Source: an uncultured bacterium (GTDB lineage Bacteria > Vulcanimicrobiota > Vulcanimicrobiia > Vulcanimicrobiales > Vulcanimicrobiaceae). From it: a DNA stretch of 64,000 bases. The notes beneath the pieces were generated by a model, which saw only the letters and a program-made list of their open reading frames with translations, had not been told where the DNA came from and made no database searches. The stretch's first letter is position 1, and the number at the start of each line of letters is the position of its first letter. Shown here piece after piece: positions 19,029-28,286 of the stretch. Both the position numbers and the translations under genes were made by a program. Location of the stretch: contig CAZABL010000006.1 in the NCBI GenBank assembly GCA_964483365.1, positions 6,859 through 70,858 of the forward strand, given 5' to 3'.

Positions 19029-21668
19029 TCAGAGGCCGCGCAGCGCTCCGACGACGGCGTGCCCGGTCGCGCGCAGCACGACCGAGACCGCGAGCGCGGT
19101 CGAGGCCGCCGCGGCGAGGACGAGCACGGCGAGGTAGCCCCACGGCACGGTCAGTGCGGAAGGCGGCGGATCGAACACCCCGGTGAGGACGACGACGAGC
19201 ACGTGCGCGATCCCGAACCCGAGCACGAATCCGAGCAACACGCCCGGGACGACGATCGCCGCTGCTTCGGCTGCAAGGAACGCGCGAAGCTGCGCCTTCT
19301 GCGCACCGAGCGCGGCGAGGATCGCAAACGTGCGCAGCCGGTCCGCGAAGCTCAGCGCGAGCATCAGGCCCGTACTCGCGGCGACGAACAGCATCGCGAA
19401 GAGAAGCTCGAGCCGCGTGAGCCCCCGCAGATCGACCGCGGTCAAGCTCGACCCGATGCGCTGCTGTGTCTGCCGAATGTCGGTTACCGTCGCGCCCGGC
19501 AGCGATGCAACGACGGCGCGCGCCGCAGCCGCAACGCGCTGGGTCGCGCCGGGCTGCGCGCGAAGGAGCACGACCTCGGCGGCGCTGCTTCCGGTCTGCT
19601 GCGCGACGTACTGCGCGTTTGCGACCAGGAACGAGTCTTTCGGCGCGGTCGGGAACTCACGGCTGACGCCGACGAAACGGAACGTCACGGGGACGTACCG
19701 GTGCGTGCGAGCGTTCTCCAGCCGCAAGCGAAGCTGGTCGCCGAGCTGGAGTTGGAAGGTTTGCACCGTCTCTTCGGAGACCAGCACGCCGTCGGGCGTC
19801 TGCGCGAGCGTTCGAAGCGTCATCGTCGCGTCATTGTTCCCGAAAAACGCATTCGACATCGGTGTGGCACGGGCGATCGTGTGCGGATCGATCGCGTAGA
19901 GATCCTGCAGATCGTTGCCGACGAACGCGAAGCGGTGCTGCATCGGTTCGGCAGCCACGACGCCGAGGATCGCGCGCAAGCGCGCGAGCGCGCGCGAAGG
20001 CGGCGCCTGCGTCGAGCCGGTCACCGTGACGTCGGCGCCGTTGGTGAGCTCGGCGTCGACGCGTGACTGGGCCGCGAAGGTCGCGTTGAAGACCGCGGTC
20101 GAGACGCCGAACGCGACCGCAAGACCGGCGAGCAGCATGGCGCGGGTCACCAGGCGCTGCTGGCGCGCCAACGTCGCGCTCACGGTCGGCGCGAGCCGAC
20201 CCGCCACGCCGGCCAGCGACGCGGCGAGCAGCGCCCGTCCGCGTCCGAGCGTGCGCCGCCACAGCCGCGCCGCGAACAGCGCGACACCGATCCACAGGAA
20301 CAGCGGCGCGAGGAAGGCGTCGTAGTGGATCGTCGCTTGCGCAACGCCTTCGGGCGCGAGGACGACCTGATAGCCGTTGCGCGCCGTGAGCCAGAAGGCG
20401 AGCGCCGCGATCGCGACCGCAGCGACATCAAGCCCGAGCCGCTCCCAGAGCGGCGGGCCGGGACGGCCAATACTACGGCGCGCCTGCGTGACGGTCGTCG
20501 TGCGCGCGGAGAGCCAAGCGGGCACGAGCACCGCGACGAGTGCGACGAGGAAGCCAAGCGACGCGGCGAGCGCGATCCAGCCGCGCTGCGTCGCGAGCAC
20601 GCTGCGTACGAGCACGACGTCGAGCACGAGGCCGCCGAGCGTTCCGCCGACCGCGACCACGAGCGCTTCGACCGCGGCGAACCCGAGCAGCGCGCGCGTC
20701 GATGCACCGCGCAGAAGTAACAGTGCTTGTTCGCGTCGGCGGCGCGCCGTGCCGGAGGACGCGACGGCGATCGTGAGCGCAGCGGCGAGCACGATCCCCG
20801 GCAGCCCGAGAAACACGAACAGCACGCGGGCGTAGAGCGCGTCGGCGTTCGTGCCGAGCAGCCGTGCGCCCAGGTTGTCGCCGACGATCGCGTTTCCGGC
20901 GACGCGCGCTTCCAGGTTGTGCGCGCGGGCCGTTACCGCGTTGTATGCGGCGAGCGGATCCGCCGGCAGCCCGTCGCGCGCGATGCGCACGTGAAATTGC
21001 TGGCGGGTCGAGTCAGGACGCACGACGCTTTGCTGGTCGAACAGCGCGTGCCAGCGTGCCGCCGGGAGCAGCAGCACGTTGTCCGGCGGTGCCTGCGGTG
21101 CGGCGCCGGGCGGTAAGCCGATCGCCGCAAAGAACGTGTCGATCTCGGGCATCGCGACGATCCCCTCGACGCGCACCTTAACGGGCGCGAGGCCGATGCG
21201 ATGCACGGTGACGACGTCGCCGACGTTCGCGTGCAGGTTCGCCGCGGTTTGTTGGAAGAGCAGCGCTCCGCCGTGCGCGCCGATGTTCCAACGCAGCTGC
21301 GCGGGGAACGTCGCGGCGTAGGTGTCGGGGAGCCCGACGACTTTCCCTGAGCCGGTCGTCTGCGTCCCGCCCTGCTGCGTCGCCTCGAAACCGGAGACGT
21401 CAGCGTACCACACCGGAAGCAGGGCGCGAACCGGGGTTGCGCGTGCGATCGCCGCGCGCACACCTGGCGGATCGACGCCGTGGTTGAGCTGCACTTGCCA
21501 GTCGACGCTCACAGCGGCCGCGGTTTGCCGCGTCATCGTCGTCTCGTTGGCGGCGATCTGCGCACCGAGTGCGCCGACGAGCGCGACGGTCAGCGCGACG
21601 CCGGCGATCGCGCCTGCGATGCGCAGCGGAACGCGACGCAGCAGACCCTGCAGCCAGACGACGATCAC
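19029..21668 (-). CDS. Fused double FtsX-domain ABC permease (MacB/type VII-like)
   Basis: ORF 19029..21668 (879 aa), GTG start overlapping the upstream stop (GTGA). It has two FtsX-type 4-helix modules, each preceded by a large extracytoplasmic loop. Confidence 0.8.
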   Translation of the reverse strand: MIVVWLQGLLRRVPLRIAGAIAGVALTVALVGALGAQIAANETTMTRQTAAAVSVDWQVQLNHGVDPPGVRAAIARATPVRALLPVWYADVSGFEATQQGGTQTTGSGKVVGLPDTYAATFPAQLRWNIGAHGGALLFQQTAANLHANVGDVVTVHRIGLAPVKVRVEGIVAMPEIDTFFAAIGLPPGAAPQAPPDNVLLLPAARWHALFDQQSVVRPDSTRQQFHVRIARDGLPADPLAAYNAVTARAHNLEARVAGNAIVGDNLGARLLGTNADALYARVLFVFLGLPGIVLAAALTIAVASSGTARRRREQALLLLRGASTRALLGFAAVEALVVAVGGTLGGLVLDVVLVRSVLATQRGWIALAASLGFLVALVAVLVPAWLSARTTTVTQARRSIGRPGPPLWERLGLDVAAVAIAALAFWLTARNGYQVVLAPEGVAQATIHYDAFLAPLFLWIGVALFAARLWRRTLGRGRALLAASLAGVAGRLAPTVSATLARQQRLVTRAMLLAGLAVAFGVSTAVFNATFAAQSRVDAELTNGADVTVTGSTQAPPSRALARLRAILGVVAAEPMQHRFAFVGNDLQDLYAIDPHTIARATPMSNAFFGNNDATMTLRTLAQTPDGVLVSEETVQTFQLQLGDQLRLRLENARTHRYVPVTFRFVGVSREFPTAPKDSFLVANAQYVAQQTGSSAAEVVLLRAQPGATQRVAAAARAVVASLPGATVTDIRQTQQRIGSSLTAVDLRGLTRLELLFAMLFVAASTGLMLALSFADRLRTFAILAALGAQKAQLRAFLAAEAAAIVVPGVLLGFVLGFGIAHVLVVVLTGVFDPPPSALTVPWGYLAVLVLAAAASTALAVSVVLRATGHAVVGALRGL

Positions 21669-22327
21669 GACATCACCTTGACGTGCCCGCGTTCCATCTG
21701 CCAGCGAGTCCCCATCCGCGCCGCAAGCCGCCGGTCGTGCGTTGCGACGACGAGCGCAGTGCCGTCACGGTCGAGCAGCCTGAGCACGCGCGTCAGGAAG
21801 TCGTCCGCGGTGTGCGTATCGAGCTGTCCGGTCGGCTCGTCGGCGAGGATCAACGGGGCGCGCTGTGCGATCGCGCGCGCGAACGCGACGCGTTGCGACT
21901 GACCCCCGGAAAGTTCTTCGGGAAGCTTGTCGCGCAGCTCGCGCAAGCCCAGACGCGCGAGCGCTTCGAGCGCGAGCGCGCGCGCCTCGACCGGCTCGCT
22001 GCCGGCGAGGACGAGCGGAAGCTCGAGGTTTTCCACGACGGTGAGCGGTTCGAGGAGGCTCTCGCGCTGGAACACCATGGCGATCTTGCGCGGACGGACC
22101 GTCTCGCGCGATCCGAGAGCTGGCCACTCCAGCGACCCGCTCGTCGGCGTCTCGATCCCGCCCATCATCTGTAGTAGCGTCGACTTCCCGCTCCCCGAAC
22201 GTCCTTCGAGCGCGATGCGCGCGCCGGCGAGGACGGCGCAATCGACGCCGTCGACGGCGACGATCGTCTCGGAGCCGCGGCGATACGCGCGGCTCACGCC
22301 CTGCGCGTGAACGAGTGTCTCAGCCAT
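21665..22327 (-). CDS. ABC transporter ATP-binding protein (LolD/MacB-NBD-like), NBD-2
   Basis: ATG 22327 (MAETLVHAQGV) lies inside ORF 21665..22426. Motifs: Walker A GRSGSGKST, signature LSGGQSQR, Walker B LILADEPTGQLD. It overlaps the upstream NBD gene by 8 nt. Confidence 0.85.
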   Translation of the reverse strand: MAETLVHAQGVSRAYRRGSETIVAVDGVDCAVLAGARIALEGRSGSGKSTLLQMMGGIETPTSGSLEWPALGSRETVRPRKIAMVFQRESLLEPLTVVENLELPLVLAGSEPVEARALALEALARLGLRELRDKLPEELSGGQSQRVAFARAIAQRAPLILADEPTGQLDTHTADDFLTRVLRLLDRDGTALVVATHDRRLAARMGTRWQMERGHVKVMS

Positions 22328-23024
22328 CGATGATGCGTCCATCTGCGAGCTTGACGACGCGATCGGCAAAACGCGCCACGGCCTCGCTGTGCGTTGCGAT
22401 GATTGCTGCGCCGCCTTTTTCGACATGTGCGCTCAGTGCTGCCAGGATCAGCTCTTCCGTTGCGGCGTCGACGTCGCCGGTCGGCTCGTCGGCGAGGATG
22501 ACGGCAGGCTCCGCAGCGAGCGCGACGGCGAGCCCGGCGCGTGCCACCTCACCGCCGGACAGCTCGTCGGCGTACGCTCGCGCGCGGGGGAGCATCCCGA
22601 CCGATCTGAGCAGCGGCGAGATGCGCTCGGGCGGTTTGCGCGCCAGGTGCAGTTGCAGCCGCACGTTGTCGGCGACCGACAGATGCTCGACGAGATTCGC
22701 CGACTGCAGGAGCACGCCGAGCGAACGCGCGCGCAGCGCCGCGCGCTCTGCTTCCGGCCGGCGCGTCATCCGCTCTCCGCTCACCATCACGAAGCCGCCG
22801 TCCGGCTCGTCCAGGCCCGCCAAACACTGCAAGAGCGTGGACTTGCCGCTGCCCGACGGGCCCATCACCGCAACGATCTCGCCGGGTGCGACCGCGAGCG
22901 AGACGCCGCGTAACGCGAGCGTCTCGTCATCGCCGGCGTGAAAGAAGCGATACAGGTCGTGCGCTTCGATCGCCGGCGAGACCGCGCTCAGCGCCAGCGG
23001 AAGCTCTGCGCGATCTTCGACCAT
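22320..23024 (-). CDS. ABC transporter ATP-binding protein, NBD-1 (divergent signature motif)
   Basis: ORF 22320..23024. Motifs: Walker A GPSGSGKST, signature LSGGEVAR (not LSGGQ), Walker B ILADEPTGDVD. Confidence 0.85.
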   Translation of the reverse strand: MVEDRAELPLALSAVSPAIEAHDLYRFFHAGDDETLALRGVSLAVAPGEIVAVMGPSGSGKSTLLQCLAGLDEPDGGFVMVSGERMTRRPEAERAALRARSLGVLLQSANLVEHLSVADNVRLQLHLARKPPERISPLLRSVGMLPRARAYADELSGGEVARAGLAVALAAEPAVILADEPTGDVDAATEELILAALSAHVEKGGAAIIATHSEAVARFADRVVKLADGRIIDG

Positions 23025-23518
23025 TGGTCGGCGTTATCCGCGCCGTGCGGCGCCCAGAGGTGGACGATCGCTTCCCGCGATCCGTTGGTGAAGACGTACG
23101 CCTCGTCGTCGAGACGAATCGTCTTTCCCGTCACCGCGTCAGGCTGCGACTCCGAGCTGAAGGCGAGCCGCGTTGCGTGCGTCGAGCCCAGCACGAGAGT
23201 TGTGCTCTTCATCGCACCGGGATGAACGGCGATGCTCTGTAGTGTGCCGGCGTGTTGCGAACGCGGAACGACGACGACGCGCTCGCCGTTGAAGTGCGAC
23301 GTGAAGGTGACGTTCTTGCCTTGTGCCGTGCGGCTCCATCCCTCCGGCGCGAGCACGGAGTATCCCGCCGTAGACGCATAACGTACGAAGGCCTGCGTAT
23401 CGGGAATGTCGCCGGCGTTGTCCGACTCCGCCGCGAACGCCAGCGTCCCCAGCGCCGCGAGCGTGGCGACGAGCAGAGGAGGGAGCAAGAGTGCGGTTGG
23501 TGGCCGGAACGATCTCAT
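22988..23518 (-). CDS. Small secreted protein of unknown function
   Basis: ORF 22988..23518. It has a cleavable-looking signal (MRSFRPPTALLLPPLLVATLAALGTLAFA) and a beta-rich mature part. I recognise no family motif. It is the first gene of the ABC operon and overlaps NBD-1 by 37 nt. Confidence 0.6.
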   Translation of the reverse strand: MRSFRPPTALLLPPLLVATLAALGTLAFAAESDNAGDIPDTQAFVRYASTAGYSVLAPEGWSRTAQGKNVTFTSHFNGERVVVVPRSQHAGTLQSIAVHPGAMKSTTLVLGSTHATRLAFSSESQPDAVTGKTIRLDDEAYVFTNGSREAIVHLWAPHGADNADQWSKIAQSFRWR

Positions 23519-23566
23519 GTGCCGAGCGTACCGGCCACGGATGAACCGCCGGTGAACGTGCCCGCT

Positions 23567-24529
23567 TTACGTGCGCAGCAGCGCCGGATCGATCAACGTA
23601 CGCGCGTCGAACGCGGTGGAGATCGCTTTGTACTTCACCGCTGCATCGACCACCGGTTGCAGCAGCGCGGGTTCGAGTACCGTTCCCGCGGTTGCGCGCG
23701 GCATCCGCGCGATCAACTTGGGATCGGCCGCGGTGAACGCGGCGAGCGCGTTGACCGTATCGGCATGGTGCGCGTTGACGTAGAGGGCCGACTCGTGCAG
23801 CGCGCGCTGGAAACGGTCGATCACGTCGCGATTCTTCTCGGCGAAGTCGCGCGTCGTGAACCACGCCGCCTGCACGAAGCGTTTGGAGATCGCGTCGAAC
23901 GGGTGCCCGATCACGCGCACCTTGCCCGTCTCCATTGCGCCGACGAGGATCGGCGTCGTCAGCGTCACGGCGTCGACACGGTGGTTGATCACCGCGTCGG
24001 GCGAGGCCGCGCTGGGCATCTCGATGTAACGGATGCTCTTGGAGTCGCCGCCGTTCGCGTCGACGAAGCTGTTGTTCGCGATCGAGTAGAGATCGCCGAG
24101 TGCGGGGACCGCGATCGTCTTTCCGTTCAGATCGTGTGCATTGTGCACCGGCCCGTCCTTCGCGACGAGCATCGCGACGACGGGTTCGTCGGCGCTGTAC
24201 AGTCCGGCTGCGGCGACGAGCACGAACGGCAAGCCGCGGTTGTGCGCGGAGATCAGCGACATCACGCTGGACTTCCCGATGTCGATCGAGCCGCCGGCGA
24301 CCGCCGCCGCGACGGCCGCGCCACTGTTGCTGCGCTGGATCGTGACGTCGAGCCCCTCGCGTTTGAACAACCCGGCTTGCTGCGCGTACAGGAACGAGCT
24401 GACGTCGTCGTCCGGGGCGGACGCGAACCGCAGCGTGAGGCCCTGCGCGCTGACTGCGCGTGGTGCGAGTGCGGCTGCCGCGGCGAGCGCGACGAAGCTG
24501 CGGCGCGAGAACGAAACCGGGTCGATCAT
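23567..24529 (-). CDS. NMT1/THI5-like (SsuA/TauA-type) periplasmic substrate-binding protein, SBP-1
   Basis: ATG 24529 sits behind AGGAGG, inside ORF 23567..24652. It has a Tat-like signal (SRRSFVALAAAAALAP). It is paralogous to SBP-2, SBP-3 and SBP-4. Confidence 0.8.
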   Translation of the reverse strand: MIDPVSFSRRSFVALAAAAALAPRAVSAQGLTLRFASAPDDDVSSFLYAQQAGLFKREGLDVTIQRSNSGAAVAAAVAGGSIDIGKSSVMSLISAHNRGLPFVLVAAAGLYSADEPVVAMLVAKDGPVHNAHDLNGKTIAVPALGDLYSIANNSFVDANGGDSKSIRYIEMPSAASPDAVINHRVDAVTLTTPILVGAMETGKVRVIGHPFDAISKRFVQAAWFTTRDFAEKNRDVIDRFQRALHESALYVNAHHADTVNALAAFTAADPKLIARMPRATAGTVLEPALLQPVVDAAVKYKAISTAFDARTLIDPALLRT

Positions 24530-24549
24530 CGAGACCTCCTTGCGGCGCG

Positions 24550-25431
24550 CTAGTGAGCGCGCAGACGAGCGACGATGTGATCGCGGAACGCGGCGACGAG
24601 CGGCGTCGCGTAGCGGTCGTGCCGCCAGGCGAGGCCGATGGTGCGTGCGCACTGCGGCGTGCGCACGCGGAGCGGGACGGCGACGCCGAGTGCGGACTCG
24701 ACGCCTTTGGGAACGAGAGCGACGCCGAATCCCGCGCCGACGAGCCCGACGAGCGTCGCGACCTCGTCGCCCTCGAAGACGATGCGCGGCGTGAAGCCGG
24801 CCGCGCGCGCGAGCTCGTCGAGATTTTGACGCAGCCCGTAACCGGGTTTGAGCGCGACGGTCGGATCGAGTGCGAGATCCGCGAGCGCGATCTCACCGTC
24901 GCGGGCGCGCGGATGATCCGGCGGGACGATCGCGATCAGCTCCTCGTCCCACAGCGCTTCCCACGCGATCCCGGCGTCGGCGAAGCGCGGCGAGGTCAAA
25001 CACAGATCGATGTCGCCGGCCGCCAGCCGCTCGCGCAACGTCGGCGCCGGACCTTGGAAGAGGCGGAACTGCGCTTGCGGGTGCTGTCGCCGAAACTCGC
25101 CGATCAGGCTCGGCACGATCCGCGTGCCGAAGGTCGCGAGGAACCCGAGGGTGACGTTGGCTTCCGCTTGCCCGGCCATCTGCCAGAGCTCGCGCTCGCC
25201 GTTCTCGAGCTCGAGCAGCGCACGCTCGACGCGCGTGAGCAGCGCCGTGCCGTACGCGTTCAAGCGCAGACCGCGGCCGACGCGATCGAAGAGCGGGACG
25301 CCGTAGTGCTGCTCGAGCCGTGCAATGCTGCGGCTGAGCGTCGATTGCGAAACGCCCAACTCCTCGGCCGCCCGACCCATGTGCTCGCTACGAGCGGTCG
25401 CGCGGAAGTGCTCGAGCTGTTGCCAGTCCAT
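24550..25431 (-). CDS. LysR-family transcriptional regulator
   Basis: ORF 24550..25431. The N-terminal wHTH is MDWQQLEHFRATARSEHMGRAAEELGVSQSTLSRSIARLE. It is divergent from the Rieske-led super-operon. Confidence 0.9.
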   Translation of the reverse strand: MDWQQLEHFRATARSEHMGRAAEELGVSQSTLSRSIARLEQHYGVPLFDRVGRGLRLNAYGTALLTRVERALLELENGERELWQMAGQAEANVTLGFLATFGTRIVPSLIGEFRRQHPQAQFRLFQGPAPTLRERLAAGDIDLCLTSPRFADAGIAWEALWDEELIAIVPPDHPRARDGEIALADLALDPTVALKPGYGLRQNLDELARAAGFTPRIVFEGDEVATLVGLVGAGFGVALVPKGVESALGVAVPLRVRTPQCARTIGLAWRHDRYATPLVAAFRDHIVARLRAH

Positions 25432-25449
25432 CGATCGATTGTTGCACGA

Positions 25450-25469
25450 GACGCATTAATTTTTGCGTC
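25450..25469. promoter_or_regulatory. Candidate LysR-type operator dyad
   Basis: GACGCA-ttaatttt-TGCGTC is a perfect 6-bp inverted repeat around an AT-rich spacer. It lies in the 106-bp divergent region between the LysR gene and the first Rieske gene. Confidence 0.4.
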
Positions 25470-25537
25470 ATGCGCTTTGACGTTCATCGATCCGGTGGAG
25501 TACCCTTCACCCACGGCCCCTTCGAGGGACGCTTTCT

Positions 25538-26806
25538 ATGCTCAAACCTGAAGATAACGAACGGCTCGTCCGTATCGGCCCCGGGACGCCGATGGGCGCC
25601 GTATTCCGCCGCTACTGGCAGCCCGCACTGCTCAGCTCTGAGCTTGCGGAGCGTGACGGACCGCCCATACGCCTCCGCCTGCTCGGCGAGGACCTCGTCG
25701 CGTTTCGCGCGAGCGACGGCAGCGTCGGCCTCGTCGACGCGTACTGCCCGCACCGCCGCGCGCCACTGTATTTCGGACGCAACGAAGACTGCGGGATCCG
25801 CTGCGTCTATCACGGCTGGAAGTTCGACACCAGCGGCGCGTGCGTCGACATGCCGTCGGAGCCGCCGGACAGTCTGTTTCGCTCGAAGGTGACGCTCACC
25901 GCGTATCCGACCTTCGAAGCGGGCGGGATCGTGTGGACGTACATGGGCGTCCCCGAGGATGCGCCGCCGCCGCCCGACTACGAGTGGCTGCGCGCGCCGG
26001 ACACGCACCGCTTCGTCTCCAAGACCTTCGAGCACGCCAACTATCTGCAAGGACTCGAGGGCGGGCTCGACACCGCGCACTCGTCGTTCGCGCACAACGA
26101 GCGGCTCGGCGACAAGAACTGGATCCGTAACCGCGACGGCGCGCCGCGGATCGACGTCGAGCGCACCGACTACGGCTTCTCGTACGTCTCGACCCGCGAT
26201 CTCGGCGAGGACGGGCTGTACGTGCGTGTCTATCACTACATCATGCCGGCACAGCAACTGCGCGGTTCGATCACCGGGCTGATGGGTGGACGCGCCGAGG
26301 TCCCCAAGATCGACGGGCACGTCTGGATCCCGATCGACGACGAGCACACGTGGGTGTTCAACTTCGCGTACGGCTACGACGCGAGCGTTCCGCTCAGCGC
26401 CAAGTTCGCCGAGGAATGGGAGACGATGTTCGGCCGTGGCAAAGACGATCTGCTTCCGGGGTTCCGCTTGAAGAAGAACTTGGCTAACGATTACCTGATC
26501 GACCGCGAGCGTCAGAAGACGAAAACGTTCACCGGGATCGTCGGGATCAACACGCAAGACTTCGCGCTGCAGGAAGGGATGGGCCCGATCCCCGACCGCT
26601 CGCAAGAGCATCTCGGCACCTCCGACAAAGCGATCATCGCGTGCCGGCAGCTGTTGCTCGAGGCGACGACGCGCGTCGAGCGCGGCGAAGCGCCGCGCGG
26701 GCTCGATCCCGCGACATATCGCGACGTGCGGCCGTACGACGACTATCTCGAGCGCGGGCGCGAATGGCGCGACGCGTTCGCCGCGGAGTTGGCAGCGAAA
26801 TGGTGA
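25538..26806 (+). CDS. Rieske [2Fe-2S] aromatic ring-hydroxylating oxygenase, alpha-only (phthalate-family type), Rieske-1
   Basis: ORF 25538..26806. Rieske motif CPHRRAPLYFGRNEDCGIRCVYHGWKF. The mononuclear-iron region is GLDTAHSSFAHN. Confidence 0.9.
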   Translation: MLKPEDNERLVRIGPGTPMGAVFRRYWQPALLSSELAERDGPPIRLRLLGEDLVAFRASDGSVGLVDAYCPHRRAPLYFGRNEDCGIRCVYHGWKFDTSGACVDMPSEPPDSLFRSKVTLTAYPTFEAGGIVWTYMGVPEDAPPPPDYEWLRAPDTHRFVSKTFEHANYLQGLEGGLDTAHSSFAHNERLGDKNWIRNRDGAPRIDVERTDYGFSYVSTRDLGEDGLYVRVYHYIMPAQQLRGSITGLMGGRAEVPKIDGHVWIPIDDEHTWVFNFAYGYDASVPLSAKFAEEWETMFGRGKDDLLPGFRLKKNLANDYLIDRERQKTKTFTGIVGINTQDFALQEGMGPIPDRSQEHLGTSDKAIIACRQLLLEATTRVERGEAPRGLDPATYRDVRPYDDYLERGREWRDAFAAELAAKW

Positions 26807-26808
26807 GC

Positions 26809-27207
26809 ATGCGGCGCAGCATCGAGGTCGAGAACTTCAGCCACGGCGGCAATCCGATTCCGGCTGCCTCGCGCGTCGGAAACGTGGTGATGACCGGCGG
26901 GGTCGCCGGCTCGGATCCCGCGACCGGCGTGGTCCCCGACGATCCGCAGCTGCAGGTCGCGCACGCGTTCGCCAACGTCAAGCGCATCCTGGCCGCCGCC
27001 GGCGCGCGCCCCGAGGATATCGTCAAGCTGTCGATCTCGGTGCGTTCGTTCGACCTGCGCCCGGCGATCAACGAGCAGTGGGTGTCGATGTTCCCCGACG
27101 AGCACTCGCGTCCGGCGCGTCACGTTACCCGTTACGACTACTTCAACGGCGCGGTCGCAATCCAATGCGAAGCGTACGCCGTCATCCAGGGAGAGCAACG
27201 CCCGTGA
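26809..27207 (+). CDS. RidA/YjgF-family enamine/imine deaminase-like protein
   Basis: ATG 26809 lies inside ORF 26641..27207, 2 nt after the upstream stop. The product is 132 aa and contains GSDPATGVVPDDPQLQVAHAFANVKRILAAAGA, typical of RidA. Confidence 0.8.
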   Translation: MRRSIEVENFSHGGNPIPAASRVGNVVMTGGVAGSDPATGVVPDDPQLQVAHAFANVKRILAAAGARPEDIVKLSISVRSFDLRPAINEQWVSMFPDEHSRPARHVTRYDYFNGAVAIQCEAYAVIQGEQRP

Positions 27208-28286
27208 TCATCGATGCGCACGCGCACCTCGTCGCGCCGCCCTCGCTCTACGCCTATCGCAGCCTGCTGCAAGTCTCGGGTGGACAACACGGCTCGGCGC
27301 TCGCCGAGGTCAAGGACGACGAGCTGCGCGCCTCCGCGGACTCCAACGTCCGCCTCATGGACGAGGTCGGGACGGATATGCAGCTGCTCTCGCCGCGGCC
27401 GTTCATGCTGATCAACCGCGGGCGGCTCAACGACGCGCGGCTGTGGGCGCGCTCGAACAACGAGATCATCGCGCGCACCGTGCGCTTCCATCCGACCCGC
27501 TTCCGCGGCGTCGCGGCGCTCCCGCAGGTTCCCGGGCAGCCGATCGAGTCGATCTTCGACGAGATCGACTACTGCGTGAAGGAGCTGGGCTTCGTCGGGA
27601 TCCTGCTCAACCCCGACCCCGGCGAGGGGCTCGACCAGACGCCGCCGCTCGGCGATCCGTACTGGTATCCGCTCTACGAGAAGCTCGTCGCGCTCGACCT
27701 CCCCGCGCACATCCACAGCGGCGGCTGCTGCGGTCGCGAGACGTACGACGAGCACTTCATCACGGAAGAGAGCCTCGCGATCACCTCGATCGCGCGTTCC
27801 GACGTATTCGACCGCTTCCCGAATCTCAAGCTGCTGATCAGTCACGGCGGCGGCTCGATCCCGTATCAGATCGGCCGCTGGCGTTCGAACCGGCAGATGC
27901 AGATCAAGAAAGATCTCTCCGATTCGGGCTTCGGCTACCGCGGGAAGTCGAACGACGCCGTCGCGGCGCTGACCGGAAGAGCGCCCGTGCGCGCGGAGAG
28001 CTTCGACGAGACGCTGTGCCGGTTTTGGTTCGACACCGTCATCCACAACAAGAAGTCGCTCGAGCTGTTGTTCGATGTCGTCGGTGCCCAGCGGTGCGTG
28101 TTCGGCACCGAGCGTCCGGGGAGCGGCTCCGCGATCGATCCCGACACGGGTCGTCCGTACGACGATCTGCGCCCGGTGATCGAGAGCATCGAGACGCTGG
28201 ACGCCCAGCAAAAGCGCGGGATCTTCGAGGAGAACGCGCGACAGTTGTTCCCTCGGCTCGGCAGCCCGGCGGCGGTGGCGCGGTGA
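27204..28286 (+). CDS. Amidohydrolase-2 family enzyme, LigJ (4-oxalomesaconate hydratase)-like
   Basis: GTG 27204 overlaps the upstream stop (GTGA). The product starts VIIDAHAHL and contains ELGFVGILLNPDPGEG...PPLGDPYWYPLYEKLVALDLPAHIH and ISHGGGSIPYQIGRW. From memory these resemble LigJ/ACMSD-type enzymes. Confidence 0.75.
   Translation: MIIDAHAHLVAPPSLYAYRSLLQVSGGQHGSALAEVKDDELRASADSNVRLMDEVGTDMQLLSPRPFMLINRGRLNDARLWARSNNEIIARTVRFHPTRFRGVAALPQVPGQPIESIFDEIDYCVKELGFVGILLNPDPGEGLDQTPPLGDPYWYPLYEKLVALDLPAHIHSGGCCGRETYDEHFITEESLAITSIARSDVFDRFPNLKLLISHGGGSIPYQIGRWRSNRQMQIKKDLSDSGFGYRGKSNDAVAALTGRAPVRAESFDETLCRFWFDTVIHNKKSLELLFDVVGAQRCVFGTERPGSGSAIDPDTGRPYDDLRPVIESIETLDAQQKRGIFEENARQLFPRLGSPAAVAR

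Noticed and set aside
23139-24896. 585-aa minus-strand ORF spanning the secreted-protein, SBP-1 and LysR genes (plus 23252..24553 on the plus strand)
   Set aside because: It is extremely Arg-rich nonsense sequence. It crosses three well-supported genes that lie in other frames.
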